Source: Octopus bimaculoides
Lineage: Eukaryota
Reading direction: 5' to 3'
Assembly (NCBI RefSeq): GCF_001194135.2
Contig: NC_068987.1
Coordinates: forward strand, 49,029,405 to 49,093,404
Length of the DNA: 64,000 bases
Part shown: positions 24,604-38,344 of the stretch, piece by piece
Layout: the number at the start of each line of letters is the position of its first letter
How positions within the stretch are numbered: the stretch's first letter is position 1
The notes under the pieces: model-generated
The model's input: only the letters and a program-made list of their open reading frames with translations
What the model was told of the DNA's origin: nothing
Database searches by the model: none
Made by a program: the position numbers and the translations under genes

Positions 24604-27020
24604 TATATTCTGCACAANNNNNNNNNNNNNNNNNNNNNNNNNNNNNNNNNNNNNNNNNNNNNNNNNNNNNNNNNNNNNNNNNNNNNNNNNNNNNNNNNNN
24701 NNNNNNNNNNNNNNNNNNNNNNNNNNNNNNNNNNNNNNNNNNNNNNNNNNNNNNNNNNNNNNNNNNNNNNNNNNNNNNNNNNNNNNNNNNNNNNNNNNNN
24801 NNNNNNNNNNNNNNNNNNNNNNNNNNNNNNNNNNNNNNNNNNNNNNNNNNNNNNNNNNNNNNNNNNNNNNNNNNNNNNNNNNNNNNNNNNNNNNNNNNNN
24901 NNNNNNNNNNNNNNNNNNNNNNNNNNNNNNNNNNNNNNNNNNNNNNNNNNNNNNNNNNNNNNNNNNNNNNNNNNNNNNNNNNNNNNNNNNNNNNNNNNNN
25001 NNNNNNNNNNNNNNNNNNNNNNNNNNNNNNNNNNNNNNNNNNNNNNNNNNNNNNNNNNNNNNNNNNNNNNNNNNNNNNNNNNNNNNNNNNNNNNNNNNNN
25101 NNNNNNNNNNNNNNNNNNNNNNNNNNNNNNNNNNNNNNNNNNNNNNNNNNNNNNNNNNNNNNNNNNNNNNNNNNNNNNNNNNNNNNNNNNNNNNNNNNNN
25201 NNNNNNNNNNNNNNNNNNNNNNNNNNNNNNNNNNNNNNNNNNNNNNNNNNNNNNNNNNNNNNNNNNNNNNNNNNNNNNNNNNNNNNNNGGGCAGTTTCTG
25301 GAAAACAGAGTTTCGGATCAGACGGCCTACATAAGTTGGAATTTCTGTTTTGACAGGGACTTTTTCCAATGTTTTTCATTAAAGTCTTCAGAATGATGGG
25401 AAGCATCTTTACACGAAAAAATAAAGAAAATAATTTTGAAAATTCATTTTTTTCCCTCCTGCCACCACCCCAGTCCACAACGATTTTGGCCACTTTTTTT
25501 TCACTACGCACTTAAAACCTGTGAGAGAAACATTTTTGGTTAAAAAAAAATTGTTTATATTTTCAGAGGGAAATGTGTGATTTAAGGGAGATCTGGCTGT
25601 TGTTTCCAACACATTCCAAAACCTCCCTCCTCATTTCTTTTTCTCTCACACATCTATTGATATTTTTCAATATTTTTCTCCTCATAAACAAATTTTATGG
25701 AATGATAATGTCAGCGTAACACACGTGTAGTCCCAACCAAGTGAGGCCGTGTTATGTGTGTGTGTAAGAAAAATAAACACCTAAAAATATCTTTAGTGTT
25801 CATATTAATCTGTCAAATGTAACGCTTATTTGTTCATGTTATTTTGAATTATTTAGGTTCAAGAGGAGTGTCCACAATATTTGCTTGTAACTTTGTAAAT
25901 TTTTTACATAGAGATTTGAAATTGTCAGTGGGTGTTTTATATACCACTGGTTTATAGTTATGTAATTTTAGCTGATCTTAGTGAGTCAATTTGACTTTTA
26001 TGGGCAGGTAAATTTAATTAACAGGTGTAAAAACAATAACATTATGGATAAACACTAAAATTGAAATTCTTAATGCGTCTTACCTGTTTGATTTGTTACT
26101 AAAATTATCCCAGATGGCAACCAACAAAAATTTCACCACTTTTTAAGATGAAGTACATTAATTTGAATTAATTAAAATACAGGTATAATTGGCAAATATT
26201 TTGTACCTCAGTGTGGAATGACTTGTCTCCAGTTTTTTTTTTTTTTTTNNNNNNNNNNNNNNNNNNNNNNNNNNNNNNNNNNNNNNNNNNNNNNNNNNNN
26301 NNNNNNNNNNNNNNNNNNNNNNNNNNNNNNNNNNNNNNNNNNNNNNNNNNNNNNNNNNNNNNNNNNNNNNNNNNNNNNNNNNNNNNNNNNNNNNNNNNNN
26401 NNNNNNNNNNNNNNNNNNNNNNNNNNNNNNNNNNNNNNNNNNNNNNNNNNNNNNNNNNNNNNNNNNTGCATCCAGCATATCTGATCTCCAAACCTGCCAC
26501 AAGCCACTTTTTTCTGGAAAAGAAAGGTAGGAGGGGTGGTGGGGACCTCGAAGTTTTTCAATAAGGGAGTTTTGTTTCACAGGTCTGTCTATCTAGCTAT
26601 TGATCCATTTATCTGTCTGTCTAACCATCTATCTACCTATCTACTTTTATACCTACTCCTGTATCCAGAAACCTTTTATACATTTTTAAACTTTAAAAAT
26701 ATTTATATTCATCAACCTATTATGAAAATTAAATTAGACCTCCTTATACTCTACGATTTTCATTGCATTTTACATTGTTTGACTTAATTTTATTTTCTTT
26801 CATTTCTCCACTTTATTGTATCTTATTCTGTTTTACTTAATTTAATTTAATTTTTATTTTATTTCCTCAAATCTTCCATTCTATCTATCCTACTAATGGC
26901 ATTACCCTCTTATCTTACTAAACCTCTGTGTGTATGTGTATATATATATACATACATGCATACACATATGCATGTGCGCATGTGCACACACACACATGCA
27001 CACACATATATATATACATA

Positions 27021-27243
27021 TAAGGGGGTATTGAAAAGTTCCTGGCTTTAAGGGTTGCTCAAAAGGCTTGGTTGGAGGCCCAACACTCCAAGTTCTTTTA
27101 CAGGGCTTAGAAAAACTGAAGGACCACTACAATAAGTGTGTGAGTGTGAAAAGGGAAAAGGAATATATTGAATAAAAGCATGATTAACTGATCTTCTTGT
27201 ATTTTCTTTTATCTAAAGCCAGGAACTTTTCAGCACCCCCTGA
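27021..27243 (+). mobile_element. Mariner-derived MITE
   Basis: ~28-bp TIRs aggggg[t]..tgaaaagttcctggcttta; internal remnant reads as a transposase C-terminus (QGLEKLKDHYNKCV...EYIE*); TA flanks. Confidence 0.88.
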
Positions 27244-28483
27244 TATACATACATACACACACACACACACATACATACACATACACACACACACATACAC
27301 ACATACACACGCACACACACACACACACATAAATATATACATAGATATATAAATAAATATATGGTTTTGAGTGTTATTTAGTTGAATGAGTATATTTGTG
27401 TATGAGTGTGTTGAGAGGGAGAGAGAGAGGATGTGAATGTCATTTACTTTTGTTCATTATATAACAATGTCACCCAGTTAACCAGATAAATAAATTCTTG
27501 ACTCATAATTATTCATTATGTGGTCTGTAATTATCTTCTGTTCATCATTTTCATTTATTTTTTTATGTTTTGTTTTGTTTTTATCTGGTTTATTCCTTAG
27601 AACAATTTTATTCAAAGTATATAATTTCAGAGTAATAAATAATTTAGTTTTAATTAAAGTAATTAGTAAATTCCATTGAGTGACACCTCACCCCCTGCAC
27701 CATAGTGGCCTAGTGCCAAACAGAGAGAATATCATCATCATCATCATCAGTGTACTTTTCCATGCTTGCATAAATCAGAGGAAAGTACATTTCAGATGAA
27801 AGAAACATTTCCAGCAGCTGGATGCCCTTTCTGTTGTCAACCCCTATTTCTGAGCAAAGTAACAATCTCTAAGTCTATCAAACAGCAAGAAAGCCTGGCA
27901 TGTTTGCATGGAGATTTGAAACAAACAGCACTGTATGAATGAGCCTTTACATCCTGTAACATGTCAAGAAATGTCAAGAAACCAGGACAAGCTTTCACAG
28001 TGAACTGCAAGTAACATCATCAGCCCTTCCTAACGCCATGCTCTTCCGCTTTACAGAGTGTACCATCACCAATTATTTTTGTGTGGCACCAGCACCAGTG
28101 TTTTTTTACTTGGCACATGCACCCAATGTAGTATGTATGTAAACAAGGCAAATTTAATTATTTCTCCATTCTGTGCGTTTTTGTACTTCGTTGTACAGAT
28201 ATCATGTGATCGTTGTAAAATAAGTGTAATCTGTGAAAACCTGTTTGGTCATAGGGAAATATTACCTTACTTGGAAATAAGTGAGGGTTGGTTGAAGGAA
28301 CGGCATCTGGCTGTAGAAAATCTGCTTCATTGCATTCCCTCTAACCCATGTAAACATGTAAAAGAGGATGTTGAATAGAGGATTCTTGTACAAAATCAAT
28401 TGGTTTATACTGATGCAAGGAACCACTATTAGGCAAAAATAGTGAAGAAAAGAAATGTTTGCCTCAGTAACTATTTAAACAGA

Positions 28484-28517
<34 letters not shown>

Positions 28518-28832
28518 TTTCTCTTGTTTTCTTTCATTATCCCACTCATTTTACTTATTTGTTTTTATGCATATGTATATGTGTAAGCATGATTCTATGT
28601 ATGTCCGTATACATGTATGCATGAATGTTTGTTCTTATTTATGTATGTGTGTATGCATGTTTATATGTATGTACATATGTATGTTTATATGTGTGCATAT
28701 ATATATTATATATATATTAATTATGCAATTTTTCCAGCAGCATTCTAGAATGTGCTTCTCCCTCAGATTTATGATTTACTGATGATATATATACATACAT
28801 ACATACATACATACATACATACATACATACAT

Positions 28833-28866
<34 letters not shown>

Positions 28867-29107
28867 TTACAAGTATTAATATAAATATTATGTATGTGTA
28901 TATGTATATGTGTGTGTGTGTGTATGTATGCATATATATATGCATATATATATATGGGTATGTATATCTTCTTTTATAGATTTAGGAACTTGTAAATATA
29001 GCAATTTCATCATATGTCCTCTGCCAGTTCATTTTCATGAACTCTCAAGAAATTGCTGCAAACTCAGATTTGATAACAGCTAGTCTACTAGAGTTCTTCT
29101 TGTAGTA

Positions 29108-29139
<32 letters not shown>

Positions 29140-31014
29140 GGCTGCATGCATGCATGTAGGTGCTTACATATATGGGTTTATCATTATCATCATCATCGTT
29201 TAATGTCCGCTTTCCATGCTGGGATGAGTTGCATGGTTTGACAGGAGCTGGGGAGATGTCCAAACTCCAATTGTCTGTTGTGGCATGGTTTCTACGGCTG
29301 GATGTCCTTCCTAACACCAACCACTTAATAGAGTATGCTGAGTGTTTTTTATGTGCTTTATATATAAATCATCATTATCATCATCATCGTTTAACGTCCG
29401 CTTTCCATGCTAGCATGGGTTGGACGATTTGACTGAGGACTGGTGAAACCGGATGGCAACACCAGGCTCCAATCTAATTTGGCAGAGTTTCTACAGCTGG
29501 ATGCCCTTCCTAACGCCAACCACTCAGAGAGTGTAGTGGGTGCTTTTACGTGTCACCCGCACGAAAACGGCCATGCTCGAAATGGTGTCTTTTATGTGCC
29601 NNNNNNNNNNNNNNNNNNNNNNNNNNNNNNNNNNNNNNNNNNNNNNNNNNNNNNNNNNNNNNNNNNNNNNNNNNNNNNNNNNNNNNNNNNNNNNNNNNNN
29701 NNNNNNNNNNNNNNNNNNNNNNNNNNNNNNNNNNNNNNNNNNNNNNNNNNNNNNNNNNNNNNNNNNNNNNNNNNNNNNNNNNNNNNNNNNNNNNNNNNNN
29801 NNNNNNNNNNNNNNNNNNNNNNNNNNNNNNNNNNNNNNNNNNNNNNNNNNNNNNNNNNNNNNNNNNNNNNNNNNNNNNNNNNNNNNNNNNNNNNNNNNNN
29901 NNNNNNNNNNNNNNNNNNNNNNNNNNNNNNNNNNNNNNNNNNNNNNNNNNNNNNNNNNNNNNNNNNNNNNNNNNNNNNNNNNNNNNNNNNNNNNNNNNNN
30001 NNNNNNNNNNNNNNNNNNNNNNNNNNNNNNNNNNNNNNNNNNNNNNNNNNNNNNNNNNNNNNNNNNNNNNNNNNNNNNNNNNNNNNNNNNNNNNNNNNNN
30101 NNNNNNNNNNNNNNNNNNNNNNNNNNNNNNNNNNNNNNNNNNNNNNNNNNNNNNNNNNNNNNNNNNNNNNNNNNNNNNNNNNNNNNNNNNNNNNNNNNNN
30201 NNNNNNNNNNNNNNNNNNNNNNNNNNNNNNNNNNNNNNNNNNNNNNNNNNNNNNNNNNNNNNNNNNNNNNNNNNNNNNNNNNNNNNNNNNNNNNNNNNNN
30301 NNNNNNNNNNNNNNNNNNNNNNNNNNNNNNNNNNNNNNNNNNNNNNNNNNNNNNNNNNNNNNNNNNNNNNNTATATATATATATATGTATAATATATATA
30401 TATATATTTGTATATATAAAACAGACTTCTTTCAGTTTCCATCTACTAAATCCACTCACAAAGCTTTGGTTGGACCAACGCTATAGTAGTAGTTACATGC
30501 CCAAGGTGCCATGCAGTGGGACTGAATCCAGAACCCTGTGGTTGGGAAGCAAGTTTCTTATCACATAGCCATACTTGCACCTATCTTTTCTACTAAGGTC
30601 AGAAATTTTTAGGGAAGGGACCACTGAATTATATTGACCCTCGGTGTTTAACCATTACTTATCTTATCAACATAAAAATGGTGAAAGGCAAAATGTAAAG
30701 AGCCCAGAGAAACACTGCTAAACATGTTGCCCAAGTTGGTAACAATTCTGCCATCTCACAGCCTTTACACCCCCCTCTCTCTCTCACACACACACACACA
30801 TTATATACATCCTAATCATCTAACTTTACCCTGCCTCATCACCCTGCCTAGAATCATTGCATCTTATCTCTTCTGCTTTACCTCAGTTATAGGAGCCACT
30901 TTAGTTCTCTTGATTTGCCAATTACAAAGTGATTTTCACTAGTGCTGGCACCATGAAAAAATACTCCCAGTACAATTTGTAATCTAGGATGTCCACAAGT
31001 AAAAATCATACCAA

Positions 31015-32266
31015 GTCTGCTCTCCATGCTAGCATGGGTTGGACGGTTTGACTGGGGACTGGTGAACCAGGTGGCTACACCAGACTCCAATCTGATCTGA
31101 CAGAGTTTCTACAGCTGGATGCCCTTCCAAATACCAACCAGTTCGAGAGAGTAGTGGGTGCTTTTTACGTGCCACTGGCACAAGGGCCAGTCTGGCAGTA
31201 CTGGCAACGGCCACACTCAAATGGTGTTTTTTACATGCCACCTGCACAGGAGTCAGTCAAATGTTTTGTTCACATGTCACTGGCACAAGTGCCAGTAAGG
31301 CAAAGCTGGAAACAATCACGCTCAAATGGTGCTTTTTATCTGCCACTGGCATGGAAGCGAGACCACTACCTTGACAGTGATCCCACTCGGATGGTGCTGT
31401 TAGTGCTCCACTGGCATGGGTGCCAGTCATCGAATTTGGTTCAGTTTCAATCTCACTTGCCCCAACAGGTCTTCGCAAGCTGAGTTTAGTGTCCAATGAA
31501 GGAAGGTTGGCATGGGTGCCAGTCAACAAATTTGGTTCAATTTCGATTTCAATTTCACTTGCCTCAACAGGTCTTCGCAAGCAGAGTTTTGTCTCCAAAT
31601 AAGGAAAGGTACGCATAAGTGGGCTGGCTACAACCCTGGTAAAGGCCATGGGTTATGGTCTCACTTGTCTTGCCTGGTCTTCTCATGCACAGCATATTTC
31701 CAAAGGTCTTGGTCACCAGTCATTGCCTTGGTGAGGCCTAATGTTCAACGGTCATGCTTCACCAGCTTATCCCAGGTTTTCCTGGGTATACTTCTTCCAC
31801 AGGTACCCTCAACCACTAGGCTGTGGCACTTTTTCACACAGCTATCCTCATCCATTCTTGCTAAATGTCCATACCAGCGCAATCGTCTCTCTTGCACATC
31901 ACAACTGATGCTTCTTAGGTTCAACTTTTCTCTCACGGTACTTGCACTCTGACGAGTATTCACACTGACATTACACATCCAGCAGAGCATACTGGCTTCA
32001 TTCCATGTGAGCTTACGCATGCCTTCAGCAGTCACGGCCCATGTTTCACTGCCATGCAGCATGGCTGTTCGTATACATGCATCATACAGTCTGCCTTTTA
32101 CTCTGAGAGAGAGGCCCTTTGTCACCACCAGAGGTAAGAGCTCTCTCAACTTTGCCAGGCTATTCTTATTCTAGCAGCTACACTTTCAGTGCACCCTCCC
32201 CTGCTACTGACTTGGTCACCTAGGTAATGGAAGCTATCAACTACTTCTAGTTTTTCTCCTTGGAAT
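31015..32266 (-). mobile_element. RTE LINE 3' end with complete modular 3'UTR, runs into the gap
   Basis: ORF 31745-32149 RELLPLVVTKGLSLRVKGRLYDACIRTAMLHGSETW; tail at 31015. Confidence 0.95.
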
Positions 32267-32968
32267 NNNNNNNNNNNNNNNNNNNNNNNNNNNNNNNNNN
32301 NNNNNNNNNNNNNNNNNNNNNNNNNNNNNNNNNNNNNNNNNNNNNNNNNNNNNNNNNNNNNNNNNNNNNNNNNNNNNNNNNNNNNNNNNNNNNNNNNNNN
32401 NNNNNNNNNNNNNNNNNNNNNNNNNNNNNNNNNNNNNNNNNNNNNNNNNNNNNNNNNNNNNNNNNNNNNNNNNNNNNNNNNNNNNNNNNNNNNNNNNNNN
32501 NNNNNNNNNNNNNNNNNNNNNNNNNNNNNNNNNNNNNNNNNNNNNNNNNNNNNNNNNNNNNNNNNNNNNNNNNNNNNNNNNNNNNNNNNNNNNNNNNNNN
32601 NNNNNNNNNNNNNNNNNNNNNNNNNNNNNNNNNNNNNNNNNNNNNNNNNNNNNNNNNNNNNNNNNNNNNNNNNNNNNNNNNNNNNNNNNNNNNNNNNNNN
32701 NNNNNNNNNNNNNNNNNNNNNNNNNNNNNNNNNNNNNNNNNNNNNNNNNNNNNNNNNNNNNNNNNNNNNNNNNNNNNNNNNNNNNNNNNNNNNNNNNNNN
32801 NNNNNNNNNNNNNNNNNNNNNNNNNNNNNNNNNNNNNNNNNNNNNNNNNNNNNNNNNNNNNNNNNNNNNNNNNNNNNNNNNNNNNNNNNNNNNNNNNNNN
32901 NNNNNNNNNNNNNNNNNNNNNNNNNNNNNNNNNNNNNNNNNNNNNNNNNNNNNNNNNNNNNNNNNNNN

Positions 32969-33270
32969 TGTGTCTGAGGAGGCTCGTTTTCTTATTGTGC
33001 CTTAAAATTTAACACACTCAGCGGTAAAATTTCCACTTATTTTTCTTTTTATTTTCCTAAAATTTTTGTTGCGTCTTGTAACCTTATCAATATTCTTGGA
33101 ACAGTCAAGACTATTGATAAGGTTGCAAGATGCCACAAAAATTTTAGGATAATGAAAAGAAAAATAAGTGGAAATTTTACCGCTGAGTGTGTTAAATTTT
33201 AAAGCACAATAACAAAATGACTCTCCCCAGACACAACAGAATATGCTTCAACACACGAAATCACATAAAA
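32969..33270. mobile_element. Palindromic foldback element, ~124-bp arms, 19-nt loop; left end lies in the gap
   Basis: 32969-33092 versus 33112-33235 at about 88-90%; terminus shared with 4594-4992. Confidence 0.88.
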
Positions 33271-34282
33271 AAGTTTCAGGTTACCTCTGCTGAAGAAATT
33301 CCATCAGTGGAGGTGGGCATGGTAGGGCTGAATGGAGAGATAGGGAAGGGTTGGGGAGAGTCATATAATTGTAGAATTCAGGTATGCATTAACTATTTTG
33401 CTAATGATGATGTCTGTAGGGAGTGTGTGAGTGTGTGTGTATGTGTGTGTGTGTCTGTGCATCTGTGTATGTGAGGGAGAGGGAGAGAATTTCTACAAAT
33501 TTGTGTATGTGTGTGTTTGTATGTATTTATACCATGCTTGTATATGTGTACGTGTGTGTGTATGTGTGTGTATGCGTGCATGTGTATGCACGTGTATGTA
33601 TGTGTATGTGTGTGTAAGTATGTGTGCCTGTGTGTGCACATGTATATGTATGTGTGCATGTGTCTATGTGTGTCTGTGTATTTTGGATATATACACATGT
33701 CATTGATAATATACACATGAAAGGAGATTGGTTTGGAATGAGAGGAACAAATAGTAAAGGGTGTGGGAGCAATAGTGAGGGAGGAGGATGAACAGAAGGA
33801 TGAGAGTGAAGAGAAGGAGAAGGAAGAGGAGCTGAGCTGAAGCAGGCAAGAGGAGGAGGCAGGAAAAGGGAGAGGAGATTTAGTGTAAAGAAAAGAAGGT
33901 GCCAGAGTTTTGAGCATGAAAGGAATATGTAAGGTACTGGTGTTATGTTTCAGTCTCTCTTGACTGGGCATTATGGCAGTTTGCAAATATCTGAAGTCTG
34001 AGACTGAAGCTAAGTAATTTGCATCACACGTAAAATGCTACATAGATCTTGGATAGGTATGTGAGAGTGTATGCATACACATGTGTGTGTGTACGTGTGT
34101 GTGTGTACGTGTGTGTGTGTACGTGTGTGTGTGTACGTGTATGTGTGTATGTGTGTGTGTGTGCGTGTGCGTGTATGTATGTATGTATGTACATACATGC
34201 ATATAAAATATGCATATATTATATATGAGTAAGTGGATAAATGAAAGAAAGGGCACTCAACACATTTATTGGCAGTTATATG

Positions 34283-34409
34283 TATTATTCAAAACAGTTT
34301 GATTCGGATTCCATGCTACTTCAAGCTTTGAAGGGACAAGAAAGGCTCTGTTAGGGCCTTCAAAGCTTGAAGTAGCATGGAATCCAAATCAAACTGTTTT
34401 GAATAATAT
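34283..34409. repeat. Foldback: 52-bp arms, 1 mismatch, 23-nt loop
   Basis: tattattcaaaacagtttgatt[c/t]ggattccatgctacttcaagctttgaagg and its reverse complement. Confidence 0.95.
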
Positions 34410-34665
34410 ATGTGTGTGTGTGTGTGTGTGTGTACATCCATCCATCCATCCATACATACATACATACATATCTTTTACTTGTTTCAGTCATTTGACTGTG
34501 GCCATGCTGGAGCACTGCCTTTAGTCGAGCAAATGGGCCCCAGGACTTATATCTTCTACTATAGTTTTACAAATTTAGGTGCATTTTCAATAACAAATTT
34601 GCCTATATTTTTTCCTGTGTGGAAATACACCCCTTCTTTTGCTATACACACACACACACACACAC

Positions 34666-36328
34666 ACTAGCAATGCATCCCGGCGTTGCCTGGGTGTTAT
34701 GACCTACAGGCACATTGTATTATTTGCTCTTTTCTTATGGGCAGAATCAGTACAGACATATAGTTAATGGCATAATGGGTAGTTATTGTTTGTTTAAAAT
34801 TGAAGTGGAAGTGGGGTACAATTTGCATGGGTTTGCATGAAAGTGCTTTCTGTTCTTAAGAAGGATTATAGACTATGTATTATTTTATTGTATAAAAGGG
34901 GATTAATATGATTTTGCAGAGAAATCGTGTTTGCAAAATTTTAATTTCCCTCCATTCTCTCTGCAATTTCTTAATTTGTAATTTTTCCAAAATTTTTTCT
35001 TTTCTTTTTGTTATCTACGTAGAAAAATACAGAGATTACAAATCTGGGAAATACATATATTTTTTATAGTTTAATTTTTCTTAAAGAAACACTCAGTGCC
35101 CCTTCCCCTACTTCCCCCATCCATCACCTACCTGCTTTCAAAAAGCTAAAATCTCCCAATCTTTCACTTTTGTCTGATGTTTGCCCGCCTGCGTAGAATT
35201 CTACTGAAATAGTAAACTTGAAAAATACCAGACCACCACCAGAAAACCCGACATGCTAGAAACAACGGGTAAATAACATTATTTCTGAAGAAACTTCCCT
35301 GCTTTCCAAAAAGCTAAATGTGAAACATTAGGAGTATGTAGCTTTTTGAAAGTGGTGAGGTGTAAAATTCTTAAAGATTTGTACTGTCTGTTTTTTCTCC
35401 ATGGATTACCAAGAAAAAATATTTGAAAAAAGGAAAAATGAATTTAGTGTGGAGAAGGAGAAAATTAAAATATTGAGAACATGTTTTGTGGGTGAAATTC
35501 AAATCTCCTGTATTGCAAACATTGGAATCGGAAGAAATTTAAGAAAAAAATAAGGCGGGGGAGCGGAAATGTCACCTTGGACATGCTTGAAAGAAGAGAT
35601 AAATGACAGGATTTCTGGGAAAACTTCCTTTTAAGTTTATATCAAAGATCAGGTTTTTAAATATGCTCATCACAAACGAATTATAAAATAGAAAAAGATC
35701 ACTTCAGTTGGATTTGAGCTTTAAATTTGTGTGTGGACACTGCAAGAAATAATATAATTCACACAGAAGTTTTAGCTAGAGTGTGTGTATGTGTGTGTCA
35801 AAGGAAGTTATTTTATGGCCTTCTTTCATTTGAAGAAGCAAAGTTGTCAACTCAACACACATGGGATCATATGATTGTTCATTAATTTCCGTAAAAATTT
35901 AAAAATTCCTTTATGCTTTGAAGAGAGCAGAAATTGAAAGAGAGGATAAAGTGAAAAGGCGACATTTGCTTTGAAGTGAGAGGAGAAAGTGAAAGATGTA
36001 TGTGTATATGAAATGGACATGTGTGTGCATGTGAGAGAGAGAGAAAGAGAGAGAGAGAGTGAGTGAGTGAGTGAGTGGGTGGTGTGTGTTGTGATGTATG
36101 AATTTTTGTATGTATAAGTGGTACTCACTTGCTCTCACTCTCTTTCTTTCTCTCTCTCTCTCTTTCTCACATACACACATTATCTTTCATATACACGTAC
36201 ATAAATAGGTGGGGGTAAAGAATACATACACCACCTGTTTTCAGTGTAACCCTAACCCTAAACACCGAGTATGCGTATTCTTTACCTTCACCCATAAATA
36301 CATATGCCTACATCTTTTTTGTGCATAT

Positions 36329-36363
<35 letters not shown>

Positions 36364-36857
36364 TGAGTGCCACTTACACATGCATGAGAACACACACGTT
36401 CACTCACTCACTTTCTCTCTCTCTCACACACACACACACGTACATGTACGTACAAAAATGTTGCATGCATATGTATTGATGTATGTAAGTATACATGATA
36501 ACACACAGCTTCAGTCACTCTCCTTTTCTCTCTCTTTCTCCCTTCCTCTCTCTTTCTTCCTTCCCTCTCTCTCTCTTCCTCTCTCCCTTCCTCTCTCTCT
36601 TTCTCCCTTCCTCTCTCTTTCTCCCTTCCCCTCTCTCTCTCTTCCTCTCTCTCTTTCTCCCTTCCCCTGGTGGTGGTGGTAAAAGATGTCACTTACAATA
36701 GGTAACTAAAAAAAATGATAATGTTAAACTTTTGTAATGCAAATATGTGAATGAAAATATAGTTTAGTTGATAGCCAAAATCTTAATGAATCTTTTGATA
36801 CCCCATATGTCAAAATCAGCAACTTGGTTTTGGAATGCATAAGGAACATACAGGCGT

Positions 36858-36930
<73 letters not shown>

Positions 36931-36949
36931 CTCCTTTATAGATATAGAT
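34666..36949 (+). mobile_element. Possible Helentron/HINE-like non-autonomous element, probably interrupted
   Basis: 5' ACTAG followed by a cccggcgttgcctggg hairpin; 3' gcataaggaacatacag-(CA)n-ctcctttatagatatagat end; continuity of the interior not established. Confidence 0.4.
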
Positions 36950-37867
36950 ATATTTAGGTGTAGATATAGCTGTGTCTTGGTTCACTCCCTCTATGCAGCA
37001 CTCTGGTCAAATGTCTTCTACTATATTATAACCCTAGATTGCCCAAAACCTTGTGATTGGATTTGGAAGATAGAAAAATATAAGTACAATTCATATATAC
37101 CTCTTTAATATATATATACTCACATACACATACAAGATCTACCATGCCTCTTCATATATATATATGTGCCCTCATATACACAAATAAGATCTACTGTTCT
37201 TCTCCCTTCAAAATTACTGGCATTGTACCTAAATCAGAAATCATTATTAGTGATTGAAATAAGGTGACAAGCTGGCAGAATCATTAGCACGCTGGGCGAA
37301 ATGCATGGCAGTATTTTATCCATCTTTGCATTCTGAGTTCAAATTCTGCTATGGTCGACTTTGCCTTTCATCCTTTTGGGTTCAATAAAATAAGTACCAG
37401 TTGAGTACTGGGGTCGATGTCTTCAGCTATTCCCCTCCTGCAAATTTCAAGCCATGTGCCTATAGTAGAAAGTAGAAAGGATTATTAGTGGTTGAAATAT
37501 TGTTTTGACATTCCGTCTTATATTGATGAAATGACTTACATGCTTGTAGTCTTCTAATGGTTACCAATATATTCGTTTTAAATTTCGGCACAAGGTCAGC
37601 AAGTTTTGGAGTGGGTAAGTTGATTTCCTTGACTCCAGTACTCAACTGGTACTTATTTTATCGACACCCTAAAGAATAAAAGGCAAAGTCGACCTCAGTG
37701 GAATTTGAACTCAGAATGTGAAGATGGACAAAATGCTGCTAAGCACATCACCCGGTGTGCTAACAATTCTGCCAATTCACCACCTTAATGATTACCAATA
37801 TATTGGCAGCAATTGTTTGTAGTGTATTTAATTTTGTTGAATTATAGGTGTTGGGGGAGGGGGTTGA

Positions 37868-38290
37868 ATATGCACAGGTGTGGTTGTGTGGTAAGAAGTT
37901 TGCTTCCCAGTCACATGGCTCCAGGTTCAGTCCCACTGCATGACTCTTTAGGCAAGTGTCTTCTACTATAACTTCAGGCTGACCAAAGTTGTGTGAGTGG
38001 ATTTGGCAGATGGAAACTGAAAGAAGCCCATCCTATATATGTGTATGTGTGAACGAGCATGTTTGTGTCTCCTTGTCTTGACATCAGGCAATAATTGTAA
38101 ATGATTGTCACTGCCATACAAGCAGTATCATTCATTTCCAGTGGGAACGTGTCTGACTATGGGGGAATATTACATGGCTTGGAAACAGGTGAAGGTTAGC
38201 AACAGGAAGATTCTCTGGCTCTAGAAAATCTGCTTCAAGTAAATTCCATCCGACCCATGCAAGCATGGAAGAATGGGTGTTAAATGATGA
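37868..38290 (+). mobile_element. Full-length tRNA-CORE SINE with RTE-type tail; partial copies at 27735-27960(-), 28190-28385(+) and 45690-45890(-)
   Basis: gtggttgtgtggtaag A box, caggttcagtcc B box, ggcaagtgtcttc core; tail acccatgcaagcatggaag..gttaaatgatgat. Confidence 0.8.
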
Positions 38291-38293
38291 TGG

Positions 38294-38344
<51 letters not shown>

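Noticed and set aside
33236-33270. GAAA-ucaca-UA after the foldback as a hammerhead 3' half
   Set aside because: No usable CUGANGA with matching helix I, and GAAA is not conserved in the related terminus at 4980.
36247-36262. Interstitial telomeric repeat (taaccc)2
   Set aside because: Only two units.
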